DNA of 64,000 nt from the NCBI GenBank assembly GCA_030390025.1, contig CM059432.1:28274001-28338000 (forward strand), given 5' to 3'. Below, piece after piece: positions 37,720 to 51,640 of the stretch (the stretch's first letter is position 1; each line of letters starts with the position of its first letter). Position numbers and translations under genes: made by a program. Under the pieces are notes generated by a model. It saw only the letters and a program-made list of their open reading frames with translations. It did no database searches and was not told the origin of the DNA. This DNA comes from Squalus acanthias. Lineage: Eukaryota.

Positions 37720-39508
37720 TTGCATTAGGAAAAAGAGGGTAGTCAGGAGCAATGTTGGCCCCTTAAAAACTGAAAGCGGTGATATTGTCAATGATAATAA
37801 GGAAATGTTGAATAATTATTTGCGTCAGTATTTACAATAGAAGAAGAGGATAGCATGCCGGAAATCCCAAAGAAACTAATATTGAATTGGGGACAGGGAC
37901 TGAATAAAATTAACGTAAGTAAAATCACAGTAATGAAGAAAATAATGGCACTAAAGAGTGACAAATCCCCAGGACCAGATGGTTTCCATCCCAGGGTTTT
38001 AAAGGAAGTAGGTGAGAACATTGCAGATGCCCTAACTATAATCTTCCAAAGTTCTCTCGATTCAGGAACCGTTCCTTTAGATTGGAAAATTGCACATGTC
38101 ACTCCACTATTTAAGAATGGCGAGAGAGGGAAATCAGGGAATTATAGAGCAGTTAGCCTAACATCTGTTGTCGGGAAATTGCTAGGATAAGGTGACTGAA
38201 TAACTCGAAAATTTTCAGTTAATCAGAAAGAGCCAGCATGGATTTGTGAAAGGTAGGTCATGCCTGACAAACCTGATTGAATTTTTTGAAGAGATGACTA
38301 AAGTAGTGGACAGGGGAATGTCTATGGATGTTATTTATATGGACTTCCAAAAGGCATTTGATAAAGTCCCACATAAGAGATTGTTATCTAAGGTAGAAGC
38401 CCACGGAATTGAGGGAAAATTATTGACCTGGTTAGGAAATTGGCTGAGCGGCAGGAGACAGAGAGTAGGGATAATGGGTAGGTACTCAAATTGGCAGGAT
38501 GTGACTAGTGGTGTCCTGCAGGGATCTGTGTTGGGGCCTCAACTATTCACAATATTTATTAACAACTTAGATGATGGGATAGAAAGCAATATATCCAAAT
38601 TTGCCGATGACACAAAGATAGGCGGCATTGTAGGCAGTGTAGATAAAAGCATAAAATTACAAAGGGATATTGATAGATTAAGTGAATGGGAAAAATGTGG
38701 CAAATTGATTTTAATGTAAGCAAATGTGAGGTCATCCACTTTGAACCTAAAAAGGATGGAACAGGGTACTTTCTAAATGGTGAAAAGCTAAAAACAGTGG
38801 ATGTCCAAAGAGACTTGGGGGTTCAGGTACATAGATCATTAAAATGTCATGAACAGGTACAGAAAATAATCAAAAAGGCTAATGGAATGCTGGCCTTTAT
38901 ATCTAGAGGACTAGAATGCAAGGGGGTAGAAGTTATGCTGCAGCTATACAAAACCCTGGTTAGACAATACCCTGGAGTACTGTGAGCAGTTCTGGGCACC
39001 ACACCTTAGGAAGGATATATTGGCCTTGGAGGGAGTGCAGCATAGGTTTACCAGACTAATACCCGGACTTCAAGGGTTAAGTTACGAGGAGAGATTACAC
39101 AAATTAGGGTTGTATTCCCTAGAATTTAGAAGGTTAATTTAGAAGATCTGATCGAAGTTTTCAAGGTATTAAGGGGAACAGATAGGGTAGATAGAGAGAA
39201 ACTATTTCCACTGGTTGGGGATTCTAGTCTAAAAATTAGAGCCAGACCTTTCAGGAGTGAAATTAGGAAACATTTCTACACACAATGGGTGGTAGAAGCT
39301 TGGAACTCTCTTCCGCAAACTGCAATTGATGCAAGATCAATTGTTAATTTTAAATCTGAGATTGATAGCTTTTTGTTAACTAAAGCTATTAAGGGATATA
39401 GGCCAAAGGCGGGTATATGGAGTTAGGTCGCAGATCAGCCATGATCTCATTGAATGGAGGAACAGGCTTGAGGGGCTGAATGGCCTACTCCTGTTCCTAT
39501 GTTCCTAA
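37720..39508 (+). mobile_element. CR1 LINE, 5'-truncated, frameshifted RT
   Basis: KSPGPDGFHPRVLKE, SCLTNLIEFF, KFADDTK, CR1 3' tail. Confidence 0.92.
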
Positions 39509-40596
39509 TGCCACAACTCTAGAACAAGGGGATATGGGTCAAAGCTTAAAAGAAGCAAGGTGCACAGAGAGTTTAGATTTAACTACCTTACATAGTCAGC
39601 TCATCCATTACAAGTGGACCTTCAGGGCAACCCCCTCCTGCCTGTGAACAGGTAAGTTTTTTTTTTAGGTAGAGCAAGGAGTATCAGTGAGGCTGGAGGC
39701 CTTCTGGAGTTGCTTTTCTACAACAGACAGAAGGCCATATAGCTAGTGCAGTCCACTTTACTCAGCCACTTCTCAGGGGCATACCTGGTCTTTGTTAATA
39801 GCATAAACCTACAAGTACTCAGGTTCCCTCAGACGGAGCTCACTGAGGCTATTTTTGCCCCATTTGTGCCTGGAAGGGGGAATAAACTAAACTCTACAGT
39901 ATGCAAAATTTTAGGGGAGAATTGGATACCTATTTGAGGGAGGGGGGTTATTGAGTATCTTTAGTTTTTGGGACCAGCCAAACAGGGCTGCAGATGCGGA
40001 TGCTTTTCCAATGCTGCACTTTCCTATTCCTACACTGCTGGGACTGAATAGGGGAGCAGGCTAGGACTAAATAGCAGAGATGTGAGGACAGATGAATATA
40101 TTTCATTGACTTGGGGGATCAGAAAGATTTTATGGAGAACTTTCTCTCAGATAAAGACCATGACACGGTCAATTGTACTGGACCTGTCAGAGGGCAAGAT
40201 GGTCATTTCTTATTCCATGATTTCATTTGTCATTCCACCAGGGTCCCACACAATTGACAGAGAGAAGAGATTGGGTTGGATCTGAACCCAAGAGCCAAAG
40301 GTAAAAGGAACTCTAGGGAAATCAAGGTATATGGGGATCGGGCGGGAAAGTGGAGTTGAGGTAAAAGATCAGCCATGATTTTATTGAATGACGGAGCAGG
40401 CTCGAAGGGCCGTATGGCCTACTCCTGCTCCTAATTCTTATGTTCTTATGAAAACGTGCAGAGTTCACATGTCACTGTAGAATTAAGAGGCCACCCATTC
40501 CTAAGTTCCTACGTTCCATTCCCCTGTTGAAAATTCCTTACCAACTGGGATATTTAGTTCCTGCAAGGAATTAATTAAAATGCCATTAACACTTAC

Positions 40597-40821
40597 TGCA
40601 CCCACTAGCATCACGACCATCTGTCTGAGTGGCTGAAAACCTTCTGTAGCCGTCACTGCATCCAAGGTGAACAGAGGGCGAGAAGTCGTGGCCTTGGTCC
40701 GTGGGGAAATCGGTGAAGACCTCTGCTGGAAACTGCTTGGAATCCAGAGTGAGGTGGTAGTTTCCACTGTTAATCAGTTCAGTGAAACGCTCAATCAGCC
40801 TCTCCCCCAGCAGAGCATTTT
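40597..40821 (-). CDS. TG: Thyroglobulin exon (~exon 20)
   Basis: tgcag|...|gtaagt, 225 bp, phase 1-1: NALLGERLIERFTELINSGNYHLTLDSKQFPAEVFTDFPTDQGHDFSPSVHLGCSDGYRRFSATQTDGRDASGC. Confidence 0.92.
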
Positions 40822-40872
40822 CTGCAGATTAAAAACAAATGAAATTGTCAATATTTACAAGTCGTTGCAGTT

Positions 40873-41195
40873 ATCATGAAATTATACAGCACAGATGGAG
40901 TCCATTTGTTCCATTGTGCCCGTGCCGCCTCTTTGAAAGAAGTATCCAATTAGTCCCACTACCTGCTTTTTCCCCATAGCCCTGCAAATTTTTCCTTTTT
41001 AAGTATATATCCAATTCCCTTTTCAAAGTTACTATTGAATCTGCTTTCACCACCCTTTTAGGCAGTGCATTCCAGATTATAACAACTCGCTGCGTAAGAA
41101 AATGTCTCCTCATCTCCCCTCTGGTTCTTTTGCCAATGATTTTAAATCTGTGTCCTCTGGTTACTGACCCTCCAGCCAGTGGAAACCGTTTCACT
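40873..41195 (-). mobile_element. CR1 LINE 3' fragment
   Basis: TRGHRFKIIG...TQRVVIIWNALP. Confidence 0.8.
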
Positions 41196-42186
41196 TTTTA
41201 TATTATAGCAAAATGGAGGTAAAAGGGCAGGAGATGCAACACCTGCCACTCCCTTCCCACTGTCCAGGGCCCCAAACACTCCTTCCAGGTGAAACAGCGA
41301 TTTACTTGTACTTCTTGCAATTTAGTATACTGTATTCGCTGCTCACGATGCGGTCTCCTCTACATTGAGGAGACCAAACGCAGATTGGGTGACCGCTTTG
41401 CGGAACACCTCCGTTCAGTCTGTAAGGGTGACCCCGAGCTTCCGGACGCCTGTCACTTTAATTCTCCGCTCCACTCCAACTCTTATCTCTCCATCCTCGG
41501 CCTCTTACACTGTTCCAACGAAGCTCAACATAAGCTCGAGGAACAGCACCTCATCTTTCGATTAGGGACTTTACAGCATTCTGGACTCAACAGCAAGTTC
41601 AACAATTTCAGACTATAACCTCGGCCCCTATGTTTTCTTTTTTCTCTCCCTTGGCAGCTGTTGCTGATTCTGCCATTGCCATTTACACCTCATCTAGAGT
41701 CATCTTTTGTTTCTTTACTTGTCCCATTACCATCTCGTTTTGCCTTGTGCCATCATCCCTTTTGTCTCTTAATCTCTCCTGCCTTCCAGCCTATCACAGA
41801 CCTTCCCTTTGTTCTTTCCTCCCCTCCTCCCTTTCCCTGCCCCACACTTGCTTAAAAATCTGTTACATCTCTAACTTTTTCCAGTTCTGATGAAGGGTCA
41901 TCGACCTGAAATGTTGGCCGCGATTTTATTAATGGAGGCGGGTTGAGGGCGGGCCTGCTGATCGGCAGCTTTTGGACCCGCTCCCGGATGCCGCCGCCCA
42001 GCAGTTACGATTTTACCTTGATTGGCCTCGTTACAGCCGACGTGCGGGTCCCTCCAGGCAACTGCTTGGAGCCTGTCAGATTCTCGCCTCTGATGACGCG
42101 TTGTTTGAGTAAAAATTTAAAGGGGCCATGTCCCCTTTGCAAAAGCAATAGGTTTTTCCTCTTAAAGGTGCTGGCTGCTGCAGGAA

Positions 42187-42417
42187 TGGCAGCCCCAAAA
42201 ACTAAGGCTGCACCCAGGTCCAAGGAGGGCTCCCTCCATGCTCTAGTGGAGGGAGTTAGAGGACTTCAGGAGGTCCTCTTCCCTGGAAACGGAAGGAGGA
42301 GGCCTCCTCAGCAAACCAAGGCAGTTTAGCTGCAAATTGCTGAGGAGGTGAGTTCGAGGTCTGTGTGCAGACACACATGGGTTCAGTGTCGAAAAAGGTT
42401 TAATGATCTGCTGAGAT
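42187..42417 (+). pseudogene. Harbinger Myb/SANT-like DNA-binding protein remnant
   Basis: MAAPKTKAAPR...LVEGV...EVLFP...*LQIAEEV...TWVQCRKRFNDLLR; in-frame stop. Confidence 0.78.
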
Positions 42418-42559
42418 CACCTAAAGTGTGGCCTCTGTGTTCTGGGAAATGGAAGTTCAAGAGTGAGGGCGAATTCCATGTAGAATGTTGGTGGTGACAC
42501 TGAGCGCAAACCATCGTTTATTGGACAGATGATGCCTGGGATTTTGAGAATGTCGGACT

Positions 42560-43780
42560 TATATTCATCTCCATGTGCCTGTGGTTGAAGTGTAAGCTTA
42601 CGCGAATCTGGCATGGATGAGTGCATCCCTTGCCTGACGGCCAGCAATGTGGTCGCCTGCTGCTGGATTGGCCACATCCGGCCCCGCAAAGCGTTGCTCC
42701 CCATCCTCCTCCTCGTTATCCTCCTCATCCTCTTCCTCATCCTCTTCCTTGTCCTCCTCCTCATCCTCTTCCTCATCCTCTTCCTTATCCTCTTCCTCAT
42801 CCGCTTCCTCTTACTCCGAGGAGGCTGTGTGCTGAGCCACTTGTTCATCCGGCAGTACTAAGCCGCGCTGCTGTGCGATGTTGTGCAGTGCATAGCAGAC
42901 CACGACGATTCTGGATACCCTGGCTGGTGCATACTGCAAGGCTCCTCCAGATCTGTCGAGGCATCGGAAGCGCATTTTGAGCAAGCCGATGGTTTGCTCG
43001 ATGATGCTTCAGGTGGATATGTGACTCACATTGTACCGCTCCTCAGCCTCGTTTGATGGCCTCCTCATCGGTGTCATAAGCCACTTTTTCAGGGGATAGC
43101 CCTTGTTGCCAAGAAGCCATCCTGAAAGTTGGTTTGGCGGATGGAAGAGCTGAGGCACAGTAGACTGGCGCAGGATGAAGGAGTCATGGCAACTGCCAGG
43201 GTACTTTGCGCAAAATGCAAGATGATCTTCCTGTGGTTACACACCAGCTGGACGTTCAGGGAGTGGAATCCCTTGCGGTTGACAAATACAGCTGGGTTGT
43301 GATAGGGGGCCCTAATGGCTACATGTGTGTAGTCACTGACGCCCTGCACCATTGGCAAGCCTGCTATATTGGCAAAGCCAACCGCATGCGCCGTCACACT
43401 TGGGCCATCCGTGGAGAAGTGGATGTAATTGTGCGCCTTTGCAAATAGGGCATCGGTAGCCTGCATGATGCAGGCGTGTGTAGCCAACTGGGAGATGCCG
43501 CTGATGTCTGCAGCTGATCCCTGGAAGGAGCCCGAAGCAAAGAAGTTGAGGGCGGTGGTGAATTTGACAGCAACTGGTAAGGAGTGTCCACACGCTTCTC
43601 TGGGCTCCAGGTGTCGGTGCAGCATTGCGCAGATGTCAGCGACTACATCTCTCGAAAGTCTCAGCCTCCTTTGGCACTGCTGCTCAGTCATGCTGAGGAA
43701 GCTGATCCTCTGCCCGCAAACCCTGTGTTGGGGTATCTCCTGCGGTGAGATGCAGCCCTGCGCTGAGGCCCTCCGCCCTA
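42560..43780 (-). pseudogene. Harbinger (HARBI1-like) transposase remnant
   Basis: RRLRLSR, ALNFFASGSFQ, GVSDYTHVAI, NRKGFHSLNVQLVC; frameshifted. Confidence 0.88.
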
Positions 43781-43785
43781 TGCAT

Positions 43786-44223
43786 CATAGAAACATAGAA
43801 ACATAGAATCTAGGAGCAGGAGTAGGCCATTCGGCCCGTCGAGCCTGCTCCACCATTCAATACGATCATGGCTGATCATCCAAATCCAGTACCCTGTCCC
43901 TGCTTTAATCCCCACAATACACATATCCCACCCTACCCCCGTAACCCCACGTATTTAATTCTCCCTAACATATCCCATCCTATCCCCATAACCCCACATA
44001 TTTAATCCCCCCCTAACACTAAGGGTCAATTTATCATAGCCAAATCAACCTAACCCGCACATTTTTGGACTGTGGGAGGAAACCGGAGCACCCGGAGGAA
44101 ACCCACGCAGACACGGGGAGAATGTGCAAACTCCACACAGACAGTCACCCGAGGTCAGATTCGAACCCGGGTCCCTGGCGCTGTGAGGCACCAGTGCTAA
44201 CCACTATGCCACCGTGTTGCCCA
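43786..44223 (-). mobile_element. tRNA-derived V-SINE (HE1-like) inserted in the Harbinger element
   Basis: A box tggcatagtgg, B box ggttcgaatc, V-domain gggtttcctccgggtgctccggtttcctcccaca, CR1-like (tttctatg)n tail. Confidence 0.8.
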
Positions 44224-45479
44224 TATCATCAGGTGGGTGAGGAGGAGGTTGGCGCTCCTGGTGCTGGTGCTGCTGTTGTGGCTGGTTGTGGTGCTGCCGC
44301 GGCTGCTCTTCAAATCTGACGACCAGGATGAGAGGATATAAATGGTTCACATCCCGTTGCTATAGATTTCATTTGAGGCAAGAAGCTTGCAAGCGCAGTC
44401 GAAGTGGCCTGAAATTATTCCAATCAGGTCACAATGCAGCTTGAACAGTCACAAGGTCAGTAGATTTGCAAAATCTTATCCCAAACCTCCAACAACTAAG
44501 TTGTTGTATTTGAATGTCAGCCATGTTACAGGAGTGCTTTTCAAGTGCTGCACCAATGACTACAAATCATGTCCTCCATCAACTCGTCTCCTTGAACCTG
44601 ACCTGTTTCTGACAAGACGGGAAACAGGAGCCAGAAGCATGAAAATGGGAAACCGCTATGAAAATAGGATTAGCAAGGCAGTTAACAGGCTCTTAACTGC
44701 CTTAACTACCTGTCCCACCTGTTCTAGTCGGGTTAGTTTGGGATCGGCTGACCCGACACTCACGAAAATCAGGTGGGGGTGGGATGGAGGCGGGTTGGGT
44801 ATCTGAAGCCATTTTTTCCGATTTTAGTTGCCGACCCGCCTCCAAACCCGCCTCCTCAGGGCTATTACAATCGAGCCCGTTAACTCTGTTTCTCTCTCCA
44901 CGATGCTGCCTGACCTGCTGAGTGTTTCCAGCATTTTCTGTTGTTGTTTCACCTTTTATATTTATTGCTTGATTAACTGGAGTAAGAAGAGAGAGGAAAT
45001 TAAAAGGCACTCATTGTCTTTGGCCTGCCCTGGGACCTCCTTGGACCCGACAGGCAGCAGAGGTCCAGGGCCAAGCCTTAATGCCAGTTTTCATGGAGCA
45101 GGCCCTGTTGAGTCCTGTTGAGAAGCCCCAGGAAACCCCACCAACAAGATTCCTCCTAAATGGAAAGTCTCACTAGCAGGATCCCTGTGATGGTGGGAAT
45201 CTCACCAACAGGATTCCTCCTAAACAGAGAGTCTCACTAGCAGGATCGCTGCCAAAGAGTGAGTAAATGGGATTTCTGCCAAAATTCTGCCAAAGTTACA
45301 TGGTGGAGCAGCAGAAGCCCTGAAGAAATTCACTTTCTATTACTTTACTGACCCTTGGTGTGTTTTCACTTAATAGTGAGGTTGTACATGCAAGCAATAC
45401 ACTACCCAGGAAAAACACCATAAAATAGGACTGGGCAGCACAATGGGTAAAAGAACACTGTCCTACTCAAAAACACTAA

Positions 45480-46115
45480 TGAAATGTTGATCTTTATCTC
45501 AAGGGGGTTGGTATACAAAAGTGAGGAAGTGATGCTTCAGTCGTACCTAGCCTTGGTCAGACCCCCATCTGGAGTACTGTGTCTGAACCACAGGAAAGAT
45601 ATAATGGGCCTTGGAGTGGGTACAGCGCAGATTCACCAGAATGATACCTGGGCACAAAAGGTAAAATTATGAGGACATGTTGCATGAACGTAGCTTGTAA
45701 TCCCTTGAGTTTAGAAGGCTGAGGGGTGATCTAATACAGGTCTTTAAAATGATAAAGGGATTCAATAAGATAGATACAGACAAACTATTTTCCTATAGTG
45801 GGGGAATCCAGAACAAGGGGGCACAATCTTAAAATTAGAGCTCGGCCATCTAGGAGTGAGGGGTGATCTAATCGAGATCCTTAAAATGATGAAAAGATCT
45901 AATAGGGTAGATACAGAAACTATGGGGGTAATTTTAATTTTCAACTATGGTGTAAAACAGATGACATCGGATCAGACGTCCATTACACAAGTCTCCAAAT
46001 TTTCTTTTCCATTGACTGGAAAGGTAAATCATGACTGTTTAATGAGCAGCTAATATCTAATTGAATGACAGAACAGGCTCGATGGGCTGGAAGACCTACT
46101 CCTATGTTTCTATGA
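45480..46115 (+). mobile_element. Decayed CR1 3' fragments
   Basis: FISRGLVYKSEEVMLQ, RGDLIEILK. Confidence 0.7.
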
Positions 46116-48135
46116 TTAGCTTAAAGTTGTGCCACAGATTACTGCCCTCAAGGTCCTGCTTTTAAATTTAGCACCTAGCTCCTGACCTTAGCAGGACCTC
46201 CTCCCTGTTCTTTCCTATCCCACATGGATCATGATAACTGGTTCTTCCCCCTCCCTTTCCAATTTCCTTTCAAACCATTTTGAGATATCCCTTACCTAGG
46301 CAACACACCCTTATGGATGCTCGATCACGACTGCAGAGCAATGTTCCCTCCAGGGAACACGTGCAGCCGGCTTGCCAGCTTTTCAGTACAAAAACCGCAC
46401 ATGCGTGGTATTTTGAATGGTCTGTGCAGCCCCTTAAAGGGGCCGTGCAGGGCCAAACAAAATTAGAGGATAACCGCTATCTCCCTAATTATAGAATCAC
46501 CGTATAAATACAACCTTCTTATTCTGCTCTTTCTATTTGAATGTAACATTTTCTCTCAAGAATTAGATTTTTAAAATAAAATTAAATGGTTCATAATGAT
46601 CTGGGACCGCGATAGTGTGTTTAACATTGATTGCAAGCCAAAATATTTAGATTCACTGATTATCATCAGGAACAAGAAATTACACATCTAATTAAGGAGA
46701 TTGAAATCTTTGATTGAAAACACTCAGCTTTCAGCAGCTGCTTTCCTTTTTGTTTTAAAATTCTTGTCACCTTGCCTCAAGATGTGATCAAAATGAAAAG
46801 CTGATGTGGCATAGCCTACCAGAGTGAATGTGCCAAGTGTCAGGAGGGTCGGTAACCAGAGGACACAGATTTGAGATAATTGACAAAAGAACCAGAGAGG
46901 AGACAGTTGGAGGCACGAGGACTTTTTTTTTTATGCAGCAAGTTATTACCATCTGGGATGCACTGCCTCAAAGGGTGGTAGAAACAGATTCAATAGTAAC
47001 TTTCAAAAGGTGGTACTCCTGTGGTCCCAGATCATTATGAAACATTTTTATTTAAAAAATCTCATTCTTGAGGTGGATCTCTACTTGAAAAGGAAAATTT
47101 TGCAGGGCAACGGGGAAAGAGCAGGGGAGTGGGACTAATTGGTTAGCTCTTTCAAAGAACCGGCAGAGGAATGATGGGCTGAATGGCCTCCTTCTGTGCT
47201 GTAAGATTCTATGATGCGGACTGAGCCGTACAGACAAGGGAAGCGCCAGGATCAATTCCCTGTCTGTGCTGAGTTAACTTGGCAGCAGTAGGGGTGCTTG
47301 GGATAGAAATGTTATCCATTACTGATGGCTATCGGTTGGTCCCTGTTGTAAAGTGCACATGTGTTGACGTTCGGTGAGGTCAGGATTCGGTTCAGGCAGA
47401 AAAGCCTGACAACACTGATTGTCTAGAGTAACACATGAAGAAAGTTTGCTTGGGTACCGTACACCAACATGGCTGAGCACTTACAGAAAACAAGGAAACT
47501 GATAGGGAAGTTAGTCAACATCTGAAAAACAAAGGCAGATCAACTCTTGAGGTATAACTTTTCATGAGAACTGATGAAGAGGCACCTCTGATGAAAGGTC
47601 ACACTCTGCTCCACATGTTCTGTTTTCATTTCAGTTTTCCAGTAATTTGTATTGTTTTTATTTCTTATTTCTCCTTGTCATATTTCCAATTTTAAAATGA
47701 AATGTCACCATTTTGATTCCAATTTATATTAGATAATGTTTGGAATGCACTGACCCAGAAAGACGTAACCTCCAGTCAAAGATACACATCTTGAGTTATT
47801 TTGCACAGCAAGTCCTCAGAGACACTTTTTATTAACATCTCCAGATATGAGACCCCAAACGGATTCAGTTGGTGGTTTCTGCTAATACATGGACTTATTT
47901 CTCTTTCATTTAGTTATTTTTGGTGGTTTAATTAACAAGGGATCTTGGCACCGAGGAATAGAACAGGTTTCTAATTTTGGGATTCTAATGTTAGCATCGA
48001 GTACTTCCAGGCCAGGTATGGCACGAGTGAGATGCAGATCAAAGCTCAGGTACTCCCCCATAATTTACACCCAGGTCCAGTGCAGCATGGGTAAGGTATA
48101 GAAAAAAAATCCTATTCTACCCCATCAAGTACTAT

Positions 48136-48980
48136 GGGCAGAATTTTCATTGACCCGTGGAGGCGGGTTTGGAGGCGTGTGGGGGGTTAAAATTGCAGAT
48201 TCGGGGGTCCCGAACCCATCCCGCCCACAACCCTGCCTCCATGCCAGTTTCACAGGAGGCGGGTACCCGACCTGTGCTGGGACCCGCCTCCCCGAGGCGG
48301 GAAGGGGATTAGTGCCAATTAACTGCCTGTTAACAGGTAGTTAACAGGAAGCTTTTTGCCTAATCCCTATTTTTAGCCCTGAAGTGTGGGCTTCCCGACA
48401 GGGCTGAACCACGCCGATTTAGCGAGGCGGACCTTCGGTCTGGAGGGCTTGGAGGGGTCGAGATGTCCGGTGTGCAGGTGAGTGATGGGTGCATGAGTGC
48501 AGAGGTAAATGTGTTTGGTGTGTGTAAAGTGTTTTAAGAACTTGTACTTACCTTAACTTTGTCCTGCAGGCTTCCTTCCTTCAGGTCTCGGGAGTCCCTC
48601 AGCTCACCGGCACAGAAAGCAGAATGGCCGCAGAGCTGTCAAAAGCTGCAGTCTCTGCTTTCTGTGCTGGATTGATTTCTAACTGAGTCTAAGTACAGGG
48701 ACTCACGTTAGAAATCATATTGTCAGTGTTTGACAGCTTCACAGAGCTGTCAAACGTTGAAATTTCATCTGTCAAAAGCTCTTGACAGATGAAATTTCAA
48801 TGGCTGACGTCACCTGTATCCAAGGGACCCTTGATTGGCCTGCTAAGCCCGCTGGGCGGGCTTAACAAGGTCAATCAAGGGAAAATACAGTGCGTTGGCC
48901 ACAAGTCGATGGAGGCGGGACTACAACCCAAAAAGTGGGAGTCCCGCCTCCATCACGGCCCCATTGACAAAATCCAGCCC
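48136..48980. mobile_element. Harbinger-like MITE, same family as 5106-5938, opposite orientation
   Basis: TSD TAT, termini gggcagaatttt / aaaatccagccc, near-identical internal sequence. Confidence 0.85.
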
Positions 48981-50744
48981 TATAAGTCTGCAAAAGTAAG
49001 GTGTAGAGTTAAGCTCACTCTATTCTACCCCATCAAGTACTCCCAGGCCTGATACAGCATTGTTGGGATATAGAGTAAAGTTGCATCTGATTTTCACCAG
49101 CAACGTGCCTCTATCTCTAACTCAAGTCTCTGTGTGACACTTTCCATTTCCCACACAAGTTCATCATGTGGGGATTCTGAGCACGACTGTCAATTTAGTA
49201 CCAATTAGTGACCAAACCCACAGGAACATAAGTTGTGACTGCTCCAGAGGACTGGTGAATTGTTAAAGTCTGATTCTACAAAAACATTTTGAAAGTACTG
49301 TGAAAGGACTTAGACATATATCGTCGTTCCTTCATCATCGCTGAGTCAAGATCCTGGAATTTGTTACCTAACAGCATTGTGGGCGGTCCTTCTCCACGTG
49401 GACTCCACTGGTTCAAGAAGGCGGCCCACCACCATCATTTCAAGGGCAACTAAGGATGGGCAATAAATGCTGGCCTTGCTAGCGATACCCATATCCCAAG
49501 AAAAATGTCCATTTGTTTATACATGTCTACAAGTTTTATCACTCTGAATCTAGAAACGAACAGTAATTTATTTTATTCTATTGAAAGCATGAAAGAACTT
49601 TAAAATGTGCATGTAACCAATGCCTGCCTCTGTATCAGATAAACAGTCTTCAGCTAGCTATATCTGATTACACAATAGCTGGCTCCCTGCCAATTGACAG
49701 GAAATTGGCAGTCAATTGGCAAGGAGCCAGCTACTGTATAAGCAGATGTTGGTATTAAACAATAAGTAGAGCCAATTAATTCTGCAAATCCATCTTCACA
49801 TCCATTTCTTTATTTGGTCAAACTAATCAACTCAAATAAACTGTAATATCGCCCACCCAACGGGTTCCTCAATCAATCATTTCCAGTACTCTACCCAACC
49901 ATAGGCACTGACTTGAGGAATTAGAGAAAGCGAGAGATCCTCTATGTTAATCTGAACTGACTTTCCCTTTGTTGGCTCTGTCAGCCAGTGGCTACGAGCC
50001 TCCCAGCTACTGTGCTTGTTTCAAATTCCACCCACCACCTTGAATGGCCAATGGGCACTTTGTTGAAGGACCTGATTCAGGAGATCAAGTGGTATCAACC
50101 AGGAGCAGTCAGCATGGAATTGACTGGTCTAATTGAATCATGGAACAGGCTCGAAGGGCTGAATGGCCTACTTCTATTCCTATGACAGTTGGCCCCAGCA
50201 TCGCAAGTGACAAAGTTGTCCACGAGCTTCTCGCACTTGTTGTTGGAGGTAAAGGTGGTGGGGGGCGGGGTGGGGGGCAGAGGAGAGGAGTTTAAGGAGA
50301 TGGTTGGTAGTGGAGAAAAGAAGCCAGAGCTATCTTTTCTCCAAGATGATCCCAAGTAGTGGGTGGCTTTAGCAGAGAGGAGTAAGGCCCAATTGCACTT
50401 GATGTGGCCAGATATGGTGATGGATTGATAAACCAGTTGTGTGCCAGATATGATCCACCCCTTGGACTTGAGAAAGCAAAGAGGTGGGCCATACCAGGGA
50501 ATGACCAGGATGGGAGAGAGTAAATGTTTTACTGGGGACTAGGGTGGAGGTGAGGGCCTGGTTGAGCAGATGAACTGCTGTAGAAGTATCATAACAAATG
50601 GAAAGTCAAAACCCAGACAGTTAGCAGCTTGAATGTGCAATTGCAAGAGTTTTCTTCCTGGGACAGACGTAGAAGGGGTTGGAAGGGATTTTGGGTTATA
50701 GATGCTGAGGAATACAAGGAAGGGGTTGGAGTTGACCTCGTATT

Positions 50745-51640
50745 TTTTATTTTATTTATTCATTCATGGGATGTGGCAAGGCCAGCATTTATTGCCCATC
50801 CCTATTTGCCCTTGAGAAGGTAGTGGTGAGTCGTCTTCTTGAACTGCTGCAGTCCGTGTGGTAAAGGTACTCCCACAGTGCCGATAGGTAGGGAGTTCCA
50901 GGATTTTGACCCAGCAACAATGAAGATACAGTGATATATGTCCAAGTCAGGATGGTGTGTGACTTGGAGGGGAACTTGGAGGTGGTGGTGTTCCCATGCG
51001 CCTGCTACCCTGGTCGTTATAGGTGGTAGAGGTCACGGGTTTGGGAGGTGCTGTCAAAGAAGCTTTGGCAAGTTGCTGCAGTGCATCTTGTAGATGGTGC
51101 ACACTACAGCCATGGTGCACCGGTGGTGAATGGAGTGAATGTTTAAGGTGGTGGATGGGGTGTCGATCAAGCAGACTGTTTTGTCTTGGGTGGTGTTGAG
51201 CTTCTTGAGTGTTGTTGGAGCTGCACTCATCCAGGCAAGTGTAGAATGACTTGACTTGTGCCTTGTAGGTGGTGGAAAGGCTTTGGGGAGTCAGGAGGTG
51301 AGTCACTCGCTGAAGAATACCCAGCCTCTGACCTGCTCTTGTAGCTACAGTATTTATGTGGCTGGCCCAGTTAAGTTTCTGGTCAATGGTGACCCCCAAG
51401 GAGGTTGATGGTGTGAGATTTGATGATGGTAATGCCATTGAATGTCAAGGGAAGATGGTTAGACTCTCTCTTGTTAGTGATGGTCATTGCCTGGCACTTC
51501 TGTGGCACGAATGTTGCTTGCCACTTAACTGCCGAAACCAGGTCTTGCTGCATGCGGGCACGGACTGCTTCATTATTTGAGGAATTGCGAATGGAAATGA
51601 ACACTGTGCAATCATCAGCGAACATCCCCACTTCTGACTC
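50745..51640 (-). mobile_element. Non-LTR retrotransposon RT 3' fragment inserted in a decayed L2 (~50200-52060)
   Basis: MFADDCTVF, LGVTIDQKLNWASHI...RAGQRLGIL; L2 APE remnants on both sides. Confidence 0.75.

Larger units (their letters stand above)
41916..44878. mobile_element. Decayed two-gene PIF/Harbinger DNA transposon
   Basis: 3-bp TSD GTT, imperfect 16-bp TIR (12/16), Myb/SANT-like remnant on + and DDE transposase remnant on -. Confidence 0.88.
41222..44950 (+). mobile_element. Penelope-like retroelement 3' fragment (GIY-YIG), split by the Harbinger insertion
   Basis: VYCIRCSRCGLLYIEETKRRLGDRFAEH...GLN (41289-41618); tail ...gaaatgtt resumes as aactctgtt after 44881. Confidence 0.82.

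Noticed and set aside
42417..42980. Arg/Lys-, Pro/His-, Leu/Ile- and Ser-rich ORFs
   Set aside because: Alternative frames of the (GAG/GAT)n acidic tail of the Harbinger transposase remnant
43089..43691. Host HARBI1 gene
   Set aside because: Frameshifted, inside TIR/TSD-bounded element with SINE insertion; a transposon relic, not the domesticated gene
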